Of a stretch of 64,000 nucleotides of DNA, positions 29,174-39,003 are shown piece by piece. The position numbers were made by a program, and so were the translations under genes. Origin of the DNA: Candidatus Buchananbacteria bacterium (GTDB lineage: Bacteria > Patescibacteriota > Patescibacteriia > 2-01-FULL-39-33); contig JAUSEE010000033.1 of the NCBI GenBank assembly GCA_030650095.1, forward strand, positions 26,757-90,756. The letters run 5' to 3'. The notes under the pieces were generated by a model, which had not been told where the DNA came from, ran no database searches, and saw only the letters and a program-made list of their open reading frames with translations. Numbering within the stretch: the stretch's first letter is position 1; each line of letters starts with the position of its first letter.

Positions 29174-30757
29174 ATGACCACCGAAAGACAAAAACCCATT
29201 GTGCTTATAATTTTAGACGGTTGGGGCGTTGCTCCGCCATCTAAAAGCAATGCTATCAGCTTGGCTAAAACTCCAACCTACAATAGTTTGGTAAAAAATT
29301 ATCCGGCCATGACTTTGCAGGCTTCCGGCGAATCAGTCGGCTTGTCTTGGGGCGAAATAGGCAATAGCGAGGTCGGCCATCTTAATATCGGATCAGGAAA
29401 ATTAGTTTATCAGAATCTGCCGAAAATAGACAAGGAAATAACTTCCGGTTCTTTTTTTTCCAACCCTACTTTGCTTAAAGCCATGGCTCAAGCCAAAAAA
29501 AATAAAAAAGCTGTTCATTTGATGGGCTTGTTTACCAGCGGTGGAGTTCATGCCTCCATAAATCATTTTTATGCTTTAGTTGAAATGTGCAAAAAAGAAA
29601 AGATTAAGGATGTTTTCGTCCATGCTTTTTTAGACGGCCGTGATATGCCTTATAATTCCGGCATTGATTTAATAGCTAAGGCCCAAGAGAAATTAAAAGA
29701 AAATAAAATCGGCCAAATAGCTTCTATCTCCGGTCGGTATTATGCCATGGATCGAGATAACCATTGGGAAAGGATAGAATTGGCCTACAAAGCTATCGTT
29801 AAGGGTGAATCTATTGATAAATTTGATGATCCGATTAAAGCGGTGCAAGCTTCTTATGATAAGAAAGTTTACGATGAAGAGTTTGTTCCGGTTGTCATAA
29901 CCGAAAAGGGCCAGCCCATAACTACCGTTGGAGCGGGCGATAGTGTCATCTTTTTTAATTTTCGTTCTGATCGAGCCAGGCAATTGACTAAAACTTTTGT
30001 TTTGCCCGGCTTTGAAAAATTTAAAAGGGATTATTTGAATAATTTATATTTTGTGACCATGACCGAATATGAAAAAGATTTGCCGGTAGAAATAGCTTTC
30101 CCGCCCGATCTGGTGACAGAACCGTTATCTAAAGTGATTTCCGATGCCAAGTTGAAACAGCTTCATATTGCCGAAACAGAAAAATACGCCCATGTAACTT
30201 TCTTTTTCAATGGCGGCCGGGAAGAATCGTATCCCGGGGAAGATCGGGTGCTGATTCCTTCGCCGCGCGTGGCTTCTTATGATCAGAAGCCGGTTATGTC
30301 AGCTAAAGAAATCACCAAAAAACTAACCGAGGTCATTATGAAAAGTGAGTATGATTTTATCGTGGTTAATTTTGCCAACGCCGATATGGTTGCTCACACC
30401 GGAGATCTCAAGTCTTCAATCAAGGCCTGTGAGATAGTTGATGATTGTTTGAAACAATTGACTGAAGTTATTTTAGGCAAAGGCGGCATTGCGTTAATAA
30501 CGGCCGATCATGGCAACGCTGAAGAACTTATGAACATGCAATCCGGCAAAATTGATAAGGAGCATAGCACTTATCCTGTGCCTTTTATCATTGTCGGCCA
30601 GAAGTGGGAAGGGAAAACCGCCGGCTTGCCGGATGGTCCTAATTCGGATTTGAGCTTAGTCCAGCCGTCCGGCCTGCTTTCTGATGTGGCCCCCACCATA
30701 CTCAAGCTTATGAATCTGGAAAAGCCCAGTGATATGACAGGAAAAAGCTTGATTTAA
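29174..30757 (+). CDS. gpmI: 2,3-bisphosphoglycerate-independent phosphoglycerate mutase, paralog 2
   Basis: ILDGWG, GNSEVGH, GRYYAMDRD, AETEKYAHVT, ADHGN. Confidence 0.95.
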   Translation: MTTERQKPIVLIILDGWGVAPPSKSNAISLAKTPTYNSLVKNYPAMTLQASGESVGLSWGEIGNSEVGHLNIGSGKLVYQNLPKIDKEITSGSFFSNPTLLKAMAQAKKNKKAVHLMGLFTSGGVHASINHFYALVEMCKKEKIKDVFVHAFLDGRDMPYNSGIDLIAKAQEKLKENKIGQIASISGRYYAMDRDNHWERIELAYKAIVKGESIDKFDDPIKAVQASYDKKVYDEEFVPVVITEKGQPITTVGAGDSVIFFNFRSDRARQLTKTFVLPGFEKFKRDYLNNLYFVTMTEYEKDLPVEIAFPPDLVTEPLSKVISDAKLKQLHIAETEKYAHVTFFFNGGREESYPGEDRVLIPSPRVASYDQKPVMSAKEITKKLTEVIMKSEYDFIVVNFANADMVAHTGDLKSSIKACEIVDDCLKQLTEVILGKGGIALITADHGNAEELMNMQSGKIDKEHSTYPVPFIIVGQKWEGKTAGLPDGPNSDLSLVQPSGLLSDVAPTILKLMNLEKPSDMTGKSLI

Positions 30758-30844
30758 GGCTAATTTATTCTCGAGCAAAATAAGCAGGCCCAGCCTGTTT
30801 TTCTTGATTTTTTGCCGAAAAAATGTTATTTTAAACTTGATAAT

Positions 30845-32341
30845 ATGAAAAAATCCACTGTCAAAAAAATAACAGAAATATTTCCGGCCGCTCTGGTTTG
30901 GCTGACTCTTTTAGCGGTTGTGATTTTATCTTTTGCCCGCCCGCTTTGGGCCATTTATTTCATTTTAGTTTTTGTGGTTTATTGGATAGTGCGTCTTTTT
31001 TATATGCTGGTCTGGCTTTTGATTTCTTGGTTTAAATATTATCGCGATATAAAAATAGATTGGTTGGAAAAAATAAAAAAGTTGGATAAAAATTATCTGG
31101 AATATTACCATATTATAGAATACCCGGCTTGCGGCGAGCCTTATGAGGTGGTGGAAAGATCGCTTGATGAACTTTTAAAAACACATTATCCCAAAGATAG
31201 AATGATTGTTGTCTTGGGCGGAGAGGAAAGAAAAGGGGAGCAGTTTCAAGAAGTTGCCAAAAAAATAACAGAAAAATTCGGCCACCAATTTTTTAAACTC
31301 CTGGTCACTGTCCATAAATTGCAGCCGGATGAGTTGCAAGGCAAGGGAGCTAATGTCCATCACATGGAATTGGAAATTAAAAAATTAGTCGATGAACTTG
31401 CCTTGCCTTATGAAAAACTAATTGTTTCTTCTTTTGATATAGAAACTTTGCCTCACAAACAGTATTTTTCCTATCTAGCTTACAAATATCTAACCCATCC
31501 CAATCCCACTCATGCCAGCTATCAGCCGCTTATTTTGTATAACAATAATATTTGGCAATCAAGTCCGATCATCAGGGTAGTGGCCTCGGCTACAACCTTT
31601 TGGCTTTTAACCGATTTGTCACGTCCTGAAAAATTATTAACCTTTTCTTCGCACAGCATGAGTTTTAAAATGTTGGTGGATGTAGGCTTTCATGATAACA
31701 CCATAGTAACCGAGGACTCACGCATTTGCCTGCAAGGCCTGCTCAAATACGACGGCAAGTATGAAGTTGTGCCCATGTTCATCACTTTGTCCATGGACAC
31801 AGTGTACATCGGAAAATTTTGGCAGAGCATTAAAAATCAATATAAGCAAATGAGACGCTGGGCTTGGGGAGTGGAACATTTTCCCTGGATGTGGGAAAAT
31901 TTTTTCGGTCAAAATGCCAACAAGAATATTTCTTTTAAAAAAAGGCTTCAGTATCTTTGGAATCAGACCGAGGGCATGTATTCTTGGGCTGTGGCTCCGC
32001 TTCTAATCCTGATAGTTGGCCGTTTGCCCCTGTATTTAGCCTCTGATGCCGATAAGGCTACTGCTTTTTTTCAAAATGCCCCTCGCATGCTGGAAAATTT
32101 GATGTTTGTCGGTATGGTGGGATTGATTTTAAATTCCATCATGTATACATTGATGCTTCCGACTAAACCTAAGAATTACTCCTGGTGTAACTATTTAATC
32201 ATGGTAGCTCAATGGGTTGTTTTTCCTGTCACCATGATAATTTTCGGATCCGTACCGGCTATTGATGCTCAAACCAGATTGATGCTGGGTGGCAAATATA
32301 AATTGGGTTTTTGGGTAACCGAAAAGAAAATTGAAAAATAA
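30845..32341 (+). CDS. Membrane glycosyltransferase family 2 (processive type)
   Basis: GKGAN, TED, QMRRWAWG (QxxRW), TM helices at both ends. Confidence 0.85.
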   Translation: MKKSTVKKITEIFPAALVWLTLLAVVILSFARPLWAIYFILVFVVYWIVRLFYMLVWLLISWFKYYRDIKIDWLEKIKKLDKNYLEYYHIIEYPACGEPYEVVERSLDELLKTHYPKDRMIVVLGGEERKGEQFQEVAKKITEKFGHQFFKLLVTVHKLQPDELQGKGANVHHMELEIKKLVDELALPYEKLIVSSFDIETLPHKQYFSYLAYKYLTHPNPTHASYQPLILYNNNIWQSSPIIRVVASATTFWLLTDLSRPEKLLTFSSHSMSFKMLVDVGFHDNTIVTEDSRICLQGLLKYDGKYEVVPMFITLSMDTVYIGKFWQSIKNQYKQMRRWAWGVEHFPWMWENFFGQNANKNISFKKRLQYLWNQTEGMYSWAVAPLLILIVGRLPLYLASDADKATAFFQNAPRMLENLMFVGMVGLILNSIMYTLMLPTKPKNYSWCNYLIMVAQWVVFPVTMIIFGSVPAIDAQTRLMLGGKYKLGFWVTEKKIEK

Positions 32342-32354
32342 TTTTTTATTATAA

Positions 32355-33395
32355 ATGAGTTTGCCAAAAGTCACAATTCAAATAGTCACTTGGAACAGCC
32401 TGAAATATTTGCCCTTTGTTTTGGAGTCTATTTTTAATCAGACTTATAGAGATTTTCAAGTTTTGGTCATAGATAATAATTCCCAGGATGAAACAGTTGA
32501 TTTTATCAGAAAAAATTATCCCGAGGTGACGGTTTTTAAAAATAAGAAGAATCTGGGTTTTGCCAAAGCCAACAACCAAGGCATAAGACTGCTCCATTCG
32601 CCTTGTATTATTCTTTGCAATCAGGATATAGTGTTAGAAAATAATTGGTTGGAGATTATTATGTCAAAAGTAGAATCTGATGACTATGAAGATGTTGGCA
32701 GCTTTGGCGGCAAATTGCTTAAATTAAAGCCCAGCAATGGTGAAATTGATCAGACCAGTAAAACCAATACCATCGATTCTTGCGGCTTAAAAATTAATAG
32801 GCACAGAAGAATTACAGAAATCGGAGCCGGTGAAGATTCTGGCAAATTCAATGAAGACCGGGAAGTCTTTGGCTGTTCCGGGGCATTGGTTTTATACCGC
32901 AGGGATCTATTGGAAGATTGTTTGATTAAAACCAAAAACAATCCCCAGGGAGAATATTTTGATGAAGATTTCATTTCTTATAAAGAAGATGTTGATTTAG
33001 CTTGGCGGGCCAGGATCTTGGGCTGGAAATCGATGTTTATAAGTTCTGCCATCGCTTACCATGTGCGTTCCGTTTCCGGTTCAGAAAATAATGTTTTAGT
33101 TGAAATTATAAAAAACAGAAAAAAACAATCTTCTTTGGCTAAATATTATTCTTATCGCAATCACTTTCTTTTGCTGATTAAAAATGAGTTTACCCGTAAT
33201 TTTTTCCATGATTTTTGGCAGATAAAATGGTTTGAAGTCAAAAAAGCCGCTTATATTTTTATTTTTGAAGTTAAAAACATAAAAGCCTGGCTGGCAGTAT
33301 TGGTTCTTCTGCCGAAGATGCTGGCTAAAAGAAAAGAGATTTTTAAAAAAGCCAAGGTGGATTACGGGCAGATGTCTAATTGGCTAAAAAAATAA
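32355..33395 (+). CDS. Glycosyltransferase family 2
   Basis: IDNNSQD, NLGFAKANN, NQD, YKEDVDLAWR. Confidence 0.9.
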   Translation: MSLPKVTIQIVTWNSLKYLPFVLESIFNQTYRDFQVLVIDNNSQDETVDFIRKNYPEVTVFKNKKNLGFAKANNQGIRLLHSPCIILCNQDIVLENNWLEIIMSKVESDDYEDVGSFGGKLLKLKPSNGEIDQTSKTNTIDSCGLKINRHRRITEIGAGEDSGKFNEDREVFGCSGALVLYRRDLLEDCLIKTKNNPQGEYFDEDFISYKEDVDLAWRARILGWKSMFISSAIAYHVRSVSGSENNVLVEIIKNRKKQSSLAKYYSYRNHFLLLIKNEFTRNFFHDFWQIKWFEVKKAAYIFIFEVKNIKAWLAVLVLLPKMLAKRKEIFKKAKVDYGQMSNWLKK

Positions 33396-33396
33396 A

Positions 33397-34212
33397 ATGG
33401 AAATATCAATAATAATAAATAATTATAAAACCAAAGGTCTGCTTAAGCAATGCTTAAGGGGCATTTACGCTTATCCACCCAGTGTTGATTATGAAATCAT
33501 AGTGGTTGATAATAATTCTAAGGATGGATCAGTGGAAATAGTCAAAGAGCAATTTAAGCAGGTAAAACTAATTGAAGCCCGGGAAAATCTCGGCCATCAT
33601 AAGGGCAATAATTTGGGCATTAAAAATTCCAGCGGCAGATATATTCTAATTCTTAACACCGATATAGCTCTTTTGGATAATTCCGTTGATAAGATGTACC
33701 AGTTTATGGAATCTCATCAGGCAGCGGCCTTAGTCGGACCCAAGTTAAAAAATCCCGACGGTTCCACGCAGTTGTCTTGCATGAGGTTTCCCAGCAAGCT
33801 GGTGCCAATTTATCGCAGGACGTTTTTAGGCAATTTTGCCTTTGCTAAAAAAGAAATTGATTATTATCTGATGAAAGATTTTGATCATCTGTCAACCCGC
33901 GAAGTCGATTGGATTCTGGGCGCTTGTGTTTTGGTGAGAAAGGCAGCGATTGATAAAGTCGGCTTGATGGATGAGGATTTATTTCTGTATTTTGGGGATA
34001 TCGCTTGGTGCAATAAATTCTGGGAATTTAATTATAAGGTTTATTATTTTGTCGATGCTGATATCGTCCATTATCATAAGCGCGAATCGGCTCAAAGCGG
34101 TATTTTCTCTTTCGTTTTCTGGATCCATATAATCGACTGGATAAGATATTTAAAAAAATATTCTTCTAAACCCAATGCTAAAAAATTACAATCCATTTCA
34201 CCCAGAACCTAA
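33397..34212 (+). CDS. Glycosyltransferase family 2 (WbbL-like)
   Basis: VDNNSKDGS, LNTD, VDWILGAC, DEDLFLY. Confidence 0.9.
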   Translation: MEISIIINNYKTKGLLKQCLRGIYAYPPSVDYEIIVVDNNSKDGSVEIVKEQFKQVKLIEARENLGHHKGNNLGIKNSSGRYILILNTDIALLDNSVDKMYQFMESHQAAALVGPKLKNPDGSTQLSCMRFPSKLVPIYRRTFLGNFAFAKKEIDYYLMKDFDHLSTREVDWILGACVLVRKAAIDKVGLMDEDLFLYFGDIAWCNKFWEFNYKVYYFVDADIVHYHKRESAQSGIFSFVFWIHIIDWIRYLKKYSSKPNAKKLQSISPRT

Positions 34213-36115
34213 GCCTAAAAAAACTTTAGGATTCAAAGCCTTTGTTTCAATAGCGGTTGTTTTTTTGGCGTTTCTAATTATTCTATTTACGCCCTTTATT
34301 TTTCATGGCCTTAAAGCTTCTTCTTATGCCGTTGCTTCTTTAGGCGAGGCGCGCGGTTTGCTTGACAGTATTCAAGCAAACAGATGGTCGGAGGCCGCTT
34401 TAAAATCAAATTCTATTAGTATTAATCTGGAGAAATTAAATTATGAAATAAGCCGTCTTGGACCGCTGAGTCGCTTGCCCAAATTAAAAAATGATTTTAT
34501 TGCCGCTCGTCAATTCATAGGCGTAGCCCAGTCTTTAATGTCCGGCTATTCTCAAACGCTTAGTATTTTTGAAGAAGTGGAGAAATCAGGAGTTTTAATT
34601 GATCCCGCCACTTTGCTGGAAAACAAAGAAGCTTTAGGCTTGATTGGCGAGAATAAAGACAAGCTGGCTCTGGCCCAGAAAAATCTTGATCAAGCCAATG
34701 CCAGATTCAGAGAAATTAATACCAGTGAATTTTCTGGCTTCTTCTCCAAATATTTGATTAAGGCCCATGATCAACTCGGCCAGATTTTGGATAGCACCAA
34801 TATCGCCATTCCGGCTATCGGGCTTCTGACTGATTTTCTGGGCTATGAGAATGAGAAGCATTATTTACTGGTCTTTGAAAATAACATGGAGCTAAGGCCG
34901 ACAGGCGGATTTATAGGTTCTTATGGCATCATTACCGTCAAAGATGGAAAAATAAAAGATATTTTTACCGATGATGTTTATAATCTGGATAAATTGTCTG
35001 AAGGCAAAATGACAGAGCCGGCTCCCCGTCCCATGGCTCTTTATAATAATCAGAAATATTGGTATATGCGTGATGCCAATTGGTTTCCTTCTTGGCCTGA
35101 TTCGGCTCAAAAAATAGTTGAGTTTTTCCATAAGGAAAGAGCCAATGCTAACTTGCCGGATCAAAAAATAGACGGAGTGATTGCTATTACGCCTGATTTC
35201 ATAGCCAACCTTTTAGAAGTTCTGGGCCCGATTGAAATCCATGGCATCAAATTTTCTTCTAATAATTTTGCCATGGATTTGGAGAAATTCGTGGAAGGCG
35301 GCTTTGAAGAAAAAAATATTCCCTATGAAGAACGCAAAGCAATCATCGGCTTTTTGTCGCAGACTATAATCGAGAGGGCAGAAAAAGTAAAATCAACTGA
35401 TTTTACCAAACTCTGGCTGGCCTTTAAAAAGAACATAGATCAAAAAAACATTTTGGTTTATATTTTTGATGACAAATTGCAAAAGTATTTTTCGGATAGG
35501 AATTGGGCCGGTGAAATCAGGCAGACCGAGGGTGATTATTTGATGGTTATCGACAGCAATCTGGCCTCACTAAAAACAGATTCGGTTATGGCCAGATCCA
35601 TTAAAAGAAGTTTATCATTAAATCAATCAGGCGATTTAATAGCGCGACTGGAAATAACTTATAAACACAATGGGCAATTTGTGCGTAATTTAATTACCAG
35701 ATATCGCACTTATGCAAAAGTTTATGTGCCCGAAGGTTCTTGGTTTGAAAGCGGATCAATCAAATCTGGCAATGAAGAAACTAAAATAAACATGTCTAAA
35801 GATTTGGAATACGGCGCAGAATACAATAAATCATACGCTGCTTATTTTTTAATAATCGAACCCGGGATGTCTAAAACGGTCATTTTAAATTACAAATTGC
35901 CGTCTGCCCTTAAAAAACAGTCTGAAGCTGGCATTTACAGCTTATTAGTTCAAAAGCAACCTGGCACCATTGGACATAAATTAGTAATTGATTTAAACTT
36001 GAGTAGAGAAATTTCCGCTTATCAATCAGCCTCCTGGCCCGATTATTACAATAAAAAATCAATCGGTTGGCAAAGCGATTTGTCTGTTGATAGGGGATAT
36101 AAATTAAAATTTTAA
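34175..36115 (+). CDS. DUF4012 domain membrane-anchored protein
   Basis: FENNMELRPTGGFIGSYG, RDANWFPSWP, IDGVIAITP, QKQPG. Confidence 0.85.
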   Translation: MLKNYNPFHPEPKPKKTLGFKAFVSIAVVFLAFLIILFTPFIFHGLKASSYAVASLGEARGLLDSIQANRWSEAALKSNSISINLEKLNYEISRLGPLSRLPKLKNDFIAARQFIGVAQSLMSGYSQTLSIFEEVEKSGVLIDPATLLENKEALGLIGENKDKLALAQKNLDQANARFREINTSEFSGFFSKYLIKAHDQLGQILDSTNIAIPAIGLLTDFLGYENEKHYLLVFENNMELRPTGGFIGSYGIITVKDGKIKDIFTDDVYNLDKLSEGKMTEPAPRPMALYNNQKYWYMRDANWFPSWPDSAQKIVEFFHKERANANLPDQKIDGVIAITPDFIANLLEVLGPIEIHGIKFSSNNFAMDLEKFVEGGFEEKNIPYEERKAIIGFLSQTIIERAEKVKSTDFTKLWLAFKKNIDQKNILVYIFDDKLQKYFSDRNWAGEIRQTEGDYLMVIDSNLASLKTDSVMARSIKRSLSLNQSGDLIARLEITYKHNGQFVRNLITRYRTYAKVYVPEGSWFESGSIKSGNEETKINMSKDLEYGAEYNKSYAAYFLIIEPGMSKTVILNYKLPSALKKQSEAGIYSLLVQKQPGTIGHKLVIDLNLSREISAYQSASWPDYYNKKSIGWQSDLSVDRGYKLKF

Positions 36116-36124
36116 TGATTTTAA

Positions 36125-37132
36125 ATGTTTTTAAGAAGAATAGGAATTGATTTGGGGACGACTAATATTTTAGTTCATGTGCCGAAAAGGGGGGTAGTTA
36201 TCAATGAGCCATCGGTAGTGGCCATTTCTAATATTGATAAAAAAATTATTGCTGTCGGCGCCGAAGCCAAAGAAATGCTGGGCCGAACGCCTGATACTAT
36301 TATTGCCCGGCGCCCGCTAAAAGATGGCGTGATTGCCGATTATAAAACCACCGAAGCTATGTTGAGATATTTTATCAATAAAGCTTTGGGCGGGGTGAGG
36401 ATTTTTAGGCCAGAGGTGATGGTGGCTGTTCCCGCTGGCATCACATCCACCGAAAGGCGCGCCGTTATTGATGCTACTATTGCCGCCGGAGCCAAAGCTG
36501 CTTACATTATCAAAGAGCCAATCGTAGCCGCCATTGGCGCCAATATTCCCATTGGCAGCGCTTCCGGACATATGATTATCGATATTGGCGGCGGCACTTC
36601 GGAAATTGCCGTTATTTCCTTGGGTGGCATAGTTTCTTCCACTTCGGTTAGGATAGGTGGCAACAAATTGGATATAGCGATTACTGAACACATTAGAAAA
36701 AAATATGGCCTGGCTATCGGCGAGATGACAGCCGAACGGGTTAAAATCAGTATCGGCTCAGCCTTGTATTTGGATGAAAAGCTTTATATGGATGTCAGAG
36801 GACGGGATATGATTACCGGACTGCCAAAAACCATCAGTGTGTCATCTGATGATGTTACCGATGCTATTCAAGCTGAACTCGAGGGCATCAGCAGTGCGGT
36901 TAAAAATGTTTTGTATAAAACTCCGCCGGAGTTATCGGCTGATGTGATTGATAAGGGGATTGTTATGTCTGGTGGCACCAGCTTGCTTAGAAATATTGAT
37001 AAAATGGTTTCTTTGACAACTGGCGTGTCCGCTTATGTAGCTGATGATGCTCTTTATTGCGTAGCCAAAGGCACAGGCATTGCGCTGGATAATTTAGAGA
37101 GTTATAAGAGATCAATTTTGGCGACAAAATAG
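36125..37132 (+). CDS. mreB: Rod shape-determining protein MreB, canonical motifs
   Basis: [34 protein letters not shown]. Confidence 0.96.
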   Translation: MFLRRIGIDLGTTNILVHVPKRGVVINEPSVVAISNIDKKIIAVGAEAKEMLGRTPDTIIARRPLKDGVIADYKTTEAMLRYFINKALGGVRIFRPEVMVAVPAGITSTERRAVIDATIAAGAKAAYIIKEPIVAAIGANIPIGSASGHMIIDIGGGTSEIAVISLGGIVSSTSVRIGGNKLDIAITEHIRKKYGLAIGEMTAERVKISIGSALYLDEKLYMDVRGRDMITGLPKTISVSSDDVTDAIQAELEGISSAVKNVLYKTPPELSADVIDKGIVMSGGTSLLRNIDKMVSLTTGVSAYVADDALYCVAKGTGIALDNLESYKRSILATK

Positions 37133-37215
37133 TTTTTGGCTTGTTACGTAGCCTGCTACGTAACAAAGTAGGTAATTGATTTTCTTTGGTATTTTTTTAC
37201 AATAAATTGTTTATA

Positions 37216-37385
37216 GCAACTTTTTGGTATCAAAAAGTTGCGCAAAAAATACGAGCGATGAAAATTTGGCGCTTCAAGTAAAATTCTAACAAAGTTTTTA
37301 GACTCGTCCGCCTTGGGCGGACTCAAACAGTAAAAACTTTGTAACTCATTTTACTTTCCGCTTAATCCAAATTTTCATATGCTCG
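37216..37385 (+). repeat. Long nested-hairpin element A
   Basis: GCAACTTTTTG/CAAAAAGTTGC hairpin, then nested arms CGAGC/GCTCG, ATGAAAATTTGG/CCAAATTTTCAT, AAGTAAAAT/ATTTTACTT, ACAAAGTTTT/AAAACTTTGT. Confidence 0.75.
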
Positions 37386-37421
37386 AATCATTAGGTGTTT
37401 ATAAAAATATAATAAAATATG

Positions 37422-37585
37422 GCGAACATTAAAAAATATTGTGCTAATTTTATATTAAAGTGAGCGTTAAGAAGTCAATATTCTGTTGCTATTTTGATTA
37501 TTGGCTTTAGCGAGCTTATATAAAATTAGCCATGATTTTTTACGTTCGCGAGTTTTGGGGAAACCTTTTGCGGTCAAAAGGTTTC
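37422..37585 (-). repeat. Long nested-hairpin element B (same architecture, opposite orientation)
   Basis: GCGAAC/GTTCGC, TAAAAAAT/ATTTTTTA, GCTAATTTTATAT/ATATAAAATTAGC, then GAAACCTTTTG/CAAAAGGTTTC hairpin. Confidence 0.72.
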
Positions 37586-37653
37586 AAGAAGATATTTGGC
37601 GGTCCAAAAGTAACAAGAGAAATATTTTAAGGCTAAAAAGTAACAGAGAATAT

Positions 37654-37703
37654 GATTGTGGAGCTTGTTCCGAGCATAGCGAGGAATCTCTCTCGCAATG
37701 ACA
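37654..37703. repeat. Partial GTCATTGCGAG-type palindromic repeat
   Basis: Ends CTCGCAATGACA like copies at 43279 and 63084. Confidence 0.6.
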
Positions 37704-37735
37704 GAAAGAATAAATTATAATTATTATTAAAATAA

Positions 37736-37789
37736 TATAGAAATATCTCCGCACACATCTCCGGAGATATGTGCGGAGATATTTCTATA
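37736..37789. repeat. 54-bp near-perfect palindrome
   Basis: TATAGAAATATCTCCGCACACATCTCC|GGAGATATGTGCGGAGATATTTCTATA, one mismatch. Confidence 0.9.
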
Positions 37790-37802
37790 AAATCATTTGC
37801 TT

Positions 37803-38918
37803 ATGATTATCGGCATAGACGCTTCGCGCGCCAACAGGCCAAATAAAACAGGCGTGGAATGGTACTCCTACCATTTAATCCAAGAATTAAAAAAAATTAC
37901 TCCGGAAAATATCCAGGTTCTTTTGTATGCCAATGAAAAATTAGTCAACGGTTTAGAAGATTGTCCGGCTAATTTTAAGGAAAAAATTTTAAGCTGGCCG
38001 CCAAAATATTTATGGACGCAAATCCGCTTGGCTTGGGAATTATCTTTGCATGCGCCCGACGTTTTGTTTGTGCCGGCTCATACCATTCCTTTTTGGCCAA
38101 TAAGACGTAGAACCAAAGTTTATGTTGTGGTTCATGACGTCGGTTTTAAAAGGTATCCTGATTTATATAAAAAAATACAGTTTTATTATCACGATCTTAC
38201 CATGAAAGCTATCAAGCGCCGGGCTGATAGAATAATCACTATCTCTGATTTTTCTAAAAAAGAAATCATGGATTTATACCAGGTTAATGCCGATAAAATA
38301 ATTGTTATACCTCTAGGCTATGACGAAAACAAATACAACACTGGTGTTTTAGAAAATAAAAATGTTTTAGATAAATATAAAATCAGCCAGCCCTATATTT
38401 TGTATGTCGGCCGTTTGGAAAAAAAGAAAAATATCGGCAACATTGTAAAATCATTTGCTTATGCTAAAACTTCAAATCCTGATTTAAAGCTGGCTTTAGC
38501 CGGCCAAGCCGGCAATGAATACGAGGCTATTGCCAAAATAATTTCCAGCCATAAATTGGAAAATGAAATCCTGCTGCCTGGTTATATTGATGAAGATGAT
38601 TTGCCGGCGGTTATGAAGATGGCGGAAATATTTTTATTTCCCACTCTCTATGAAGGTTTTGGCTTGCCAATTTTACAAGCCATGGCCTTGGGCACGCCGG
38701 TTGTAGCTTCCGATATCGAACCTCATAAATCAGTCGCCGGCCAGGCGGCGGCCTTGGCTGATCCAAAAAATCCGGAAAATATTGCCCAGCAAATAAATAA
38801 AATCATCAAAGATAGGGAATTTAAAGACGAGCTTAAAGTTCGAGGACTCAAAAGAGCGGCTGAATTTTCTTGGACTAAAACAGCTGTTAAAACATTAGCG
38901 GTTATAGCCAAAAAATAA
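37803..38918 (+). CDS. Glycosyltransferase family 4
   Basis: IGIDASRA, TGVEWY, GRLEKKKN, YEGFGLPILQAM. Confidence 0.92.
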   Translation: MIIGIDASRANRPNKTGVEWYSYHLIQELKKITPENIQVLLYANEKLVNGLEDCPANFKEKILSWPPKYLWTQIRLAWELSLHAPDVLFVPAHTIPFWPIRRRTKVYVVVHDVGFKRYPDLYKKIQFYYHDLTMKAIKRRADRIITISDFSKKEIMDLYQVNADKIIVIPLGYDENKYNTGVLENKNVLDKYKISQPYILYVGRLEKKKNIGNIVKSFAYAKTSNPDLKLALAGQAGNEYEAIAKIISSHKLENEILLPGYIDEDDLPAVMKMAEIFLFPTLYEGFGLPILQAMALGTPVVASDIEPHKSVAGQAAALADPKNPENIAQQINKIIKDREFKDELKVRGLKRAAEFSWTKTAVKTLAVIAKK

Positions 38919-39003
38919 AATTGGTTAAGTGTCATTATTTAATCAGTTTTTTATTCAATCAATGGTTGTCTTGTTGGGCTGATTTGTGTTAAAATTTAAA
39001 GTA

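Noticed and set aside
37501-37701. 66-aa ORF in the ORF track
   Set aside because: Runs through repeat elements, TTG start without signals, no recognisable protein features
37133-37800. Replication origin or tRNA/rRNA in the long intergenic gap
   Set aside because: No DnaA-box cluster (TTATCCACA) or cloverleaf/T-loop motif found; content is explained by palindromic repeats
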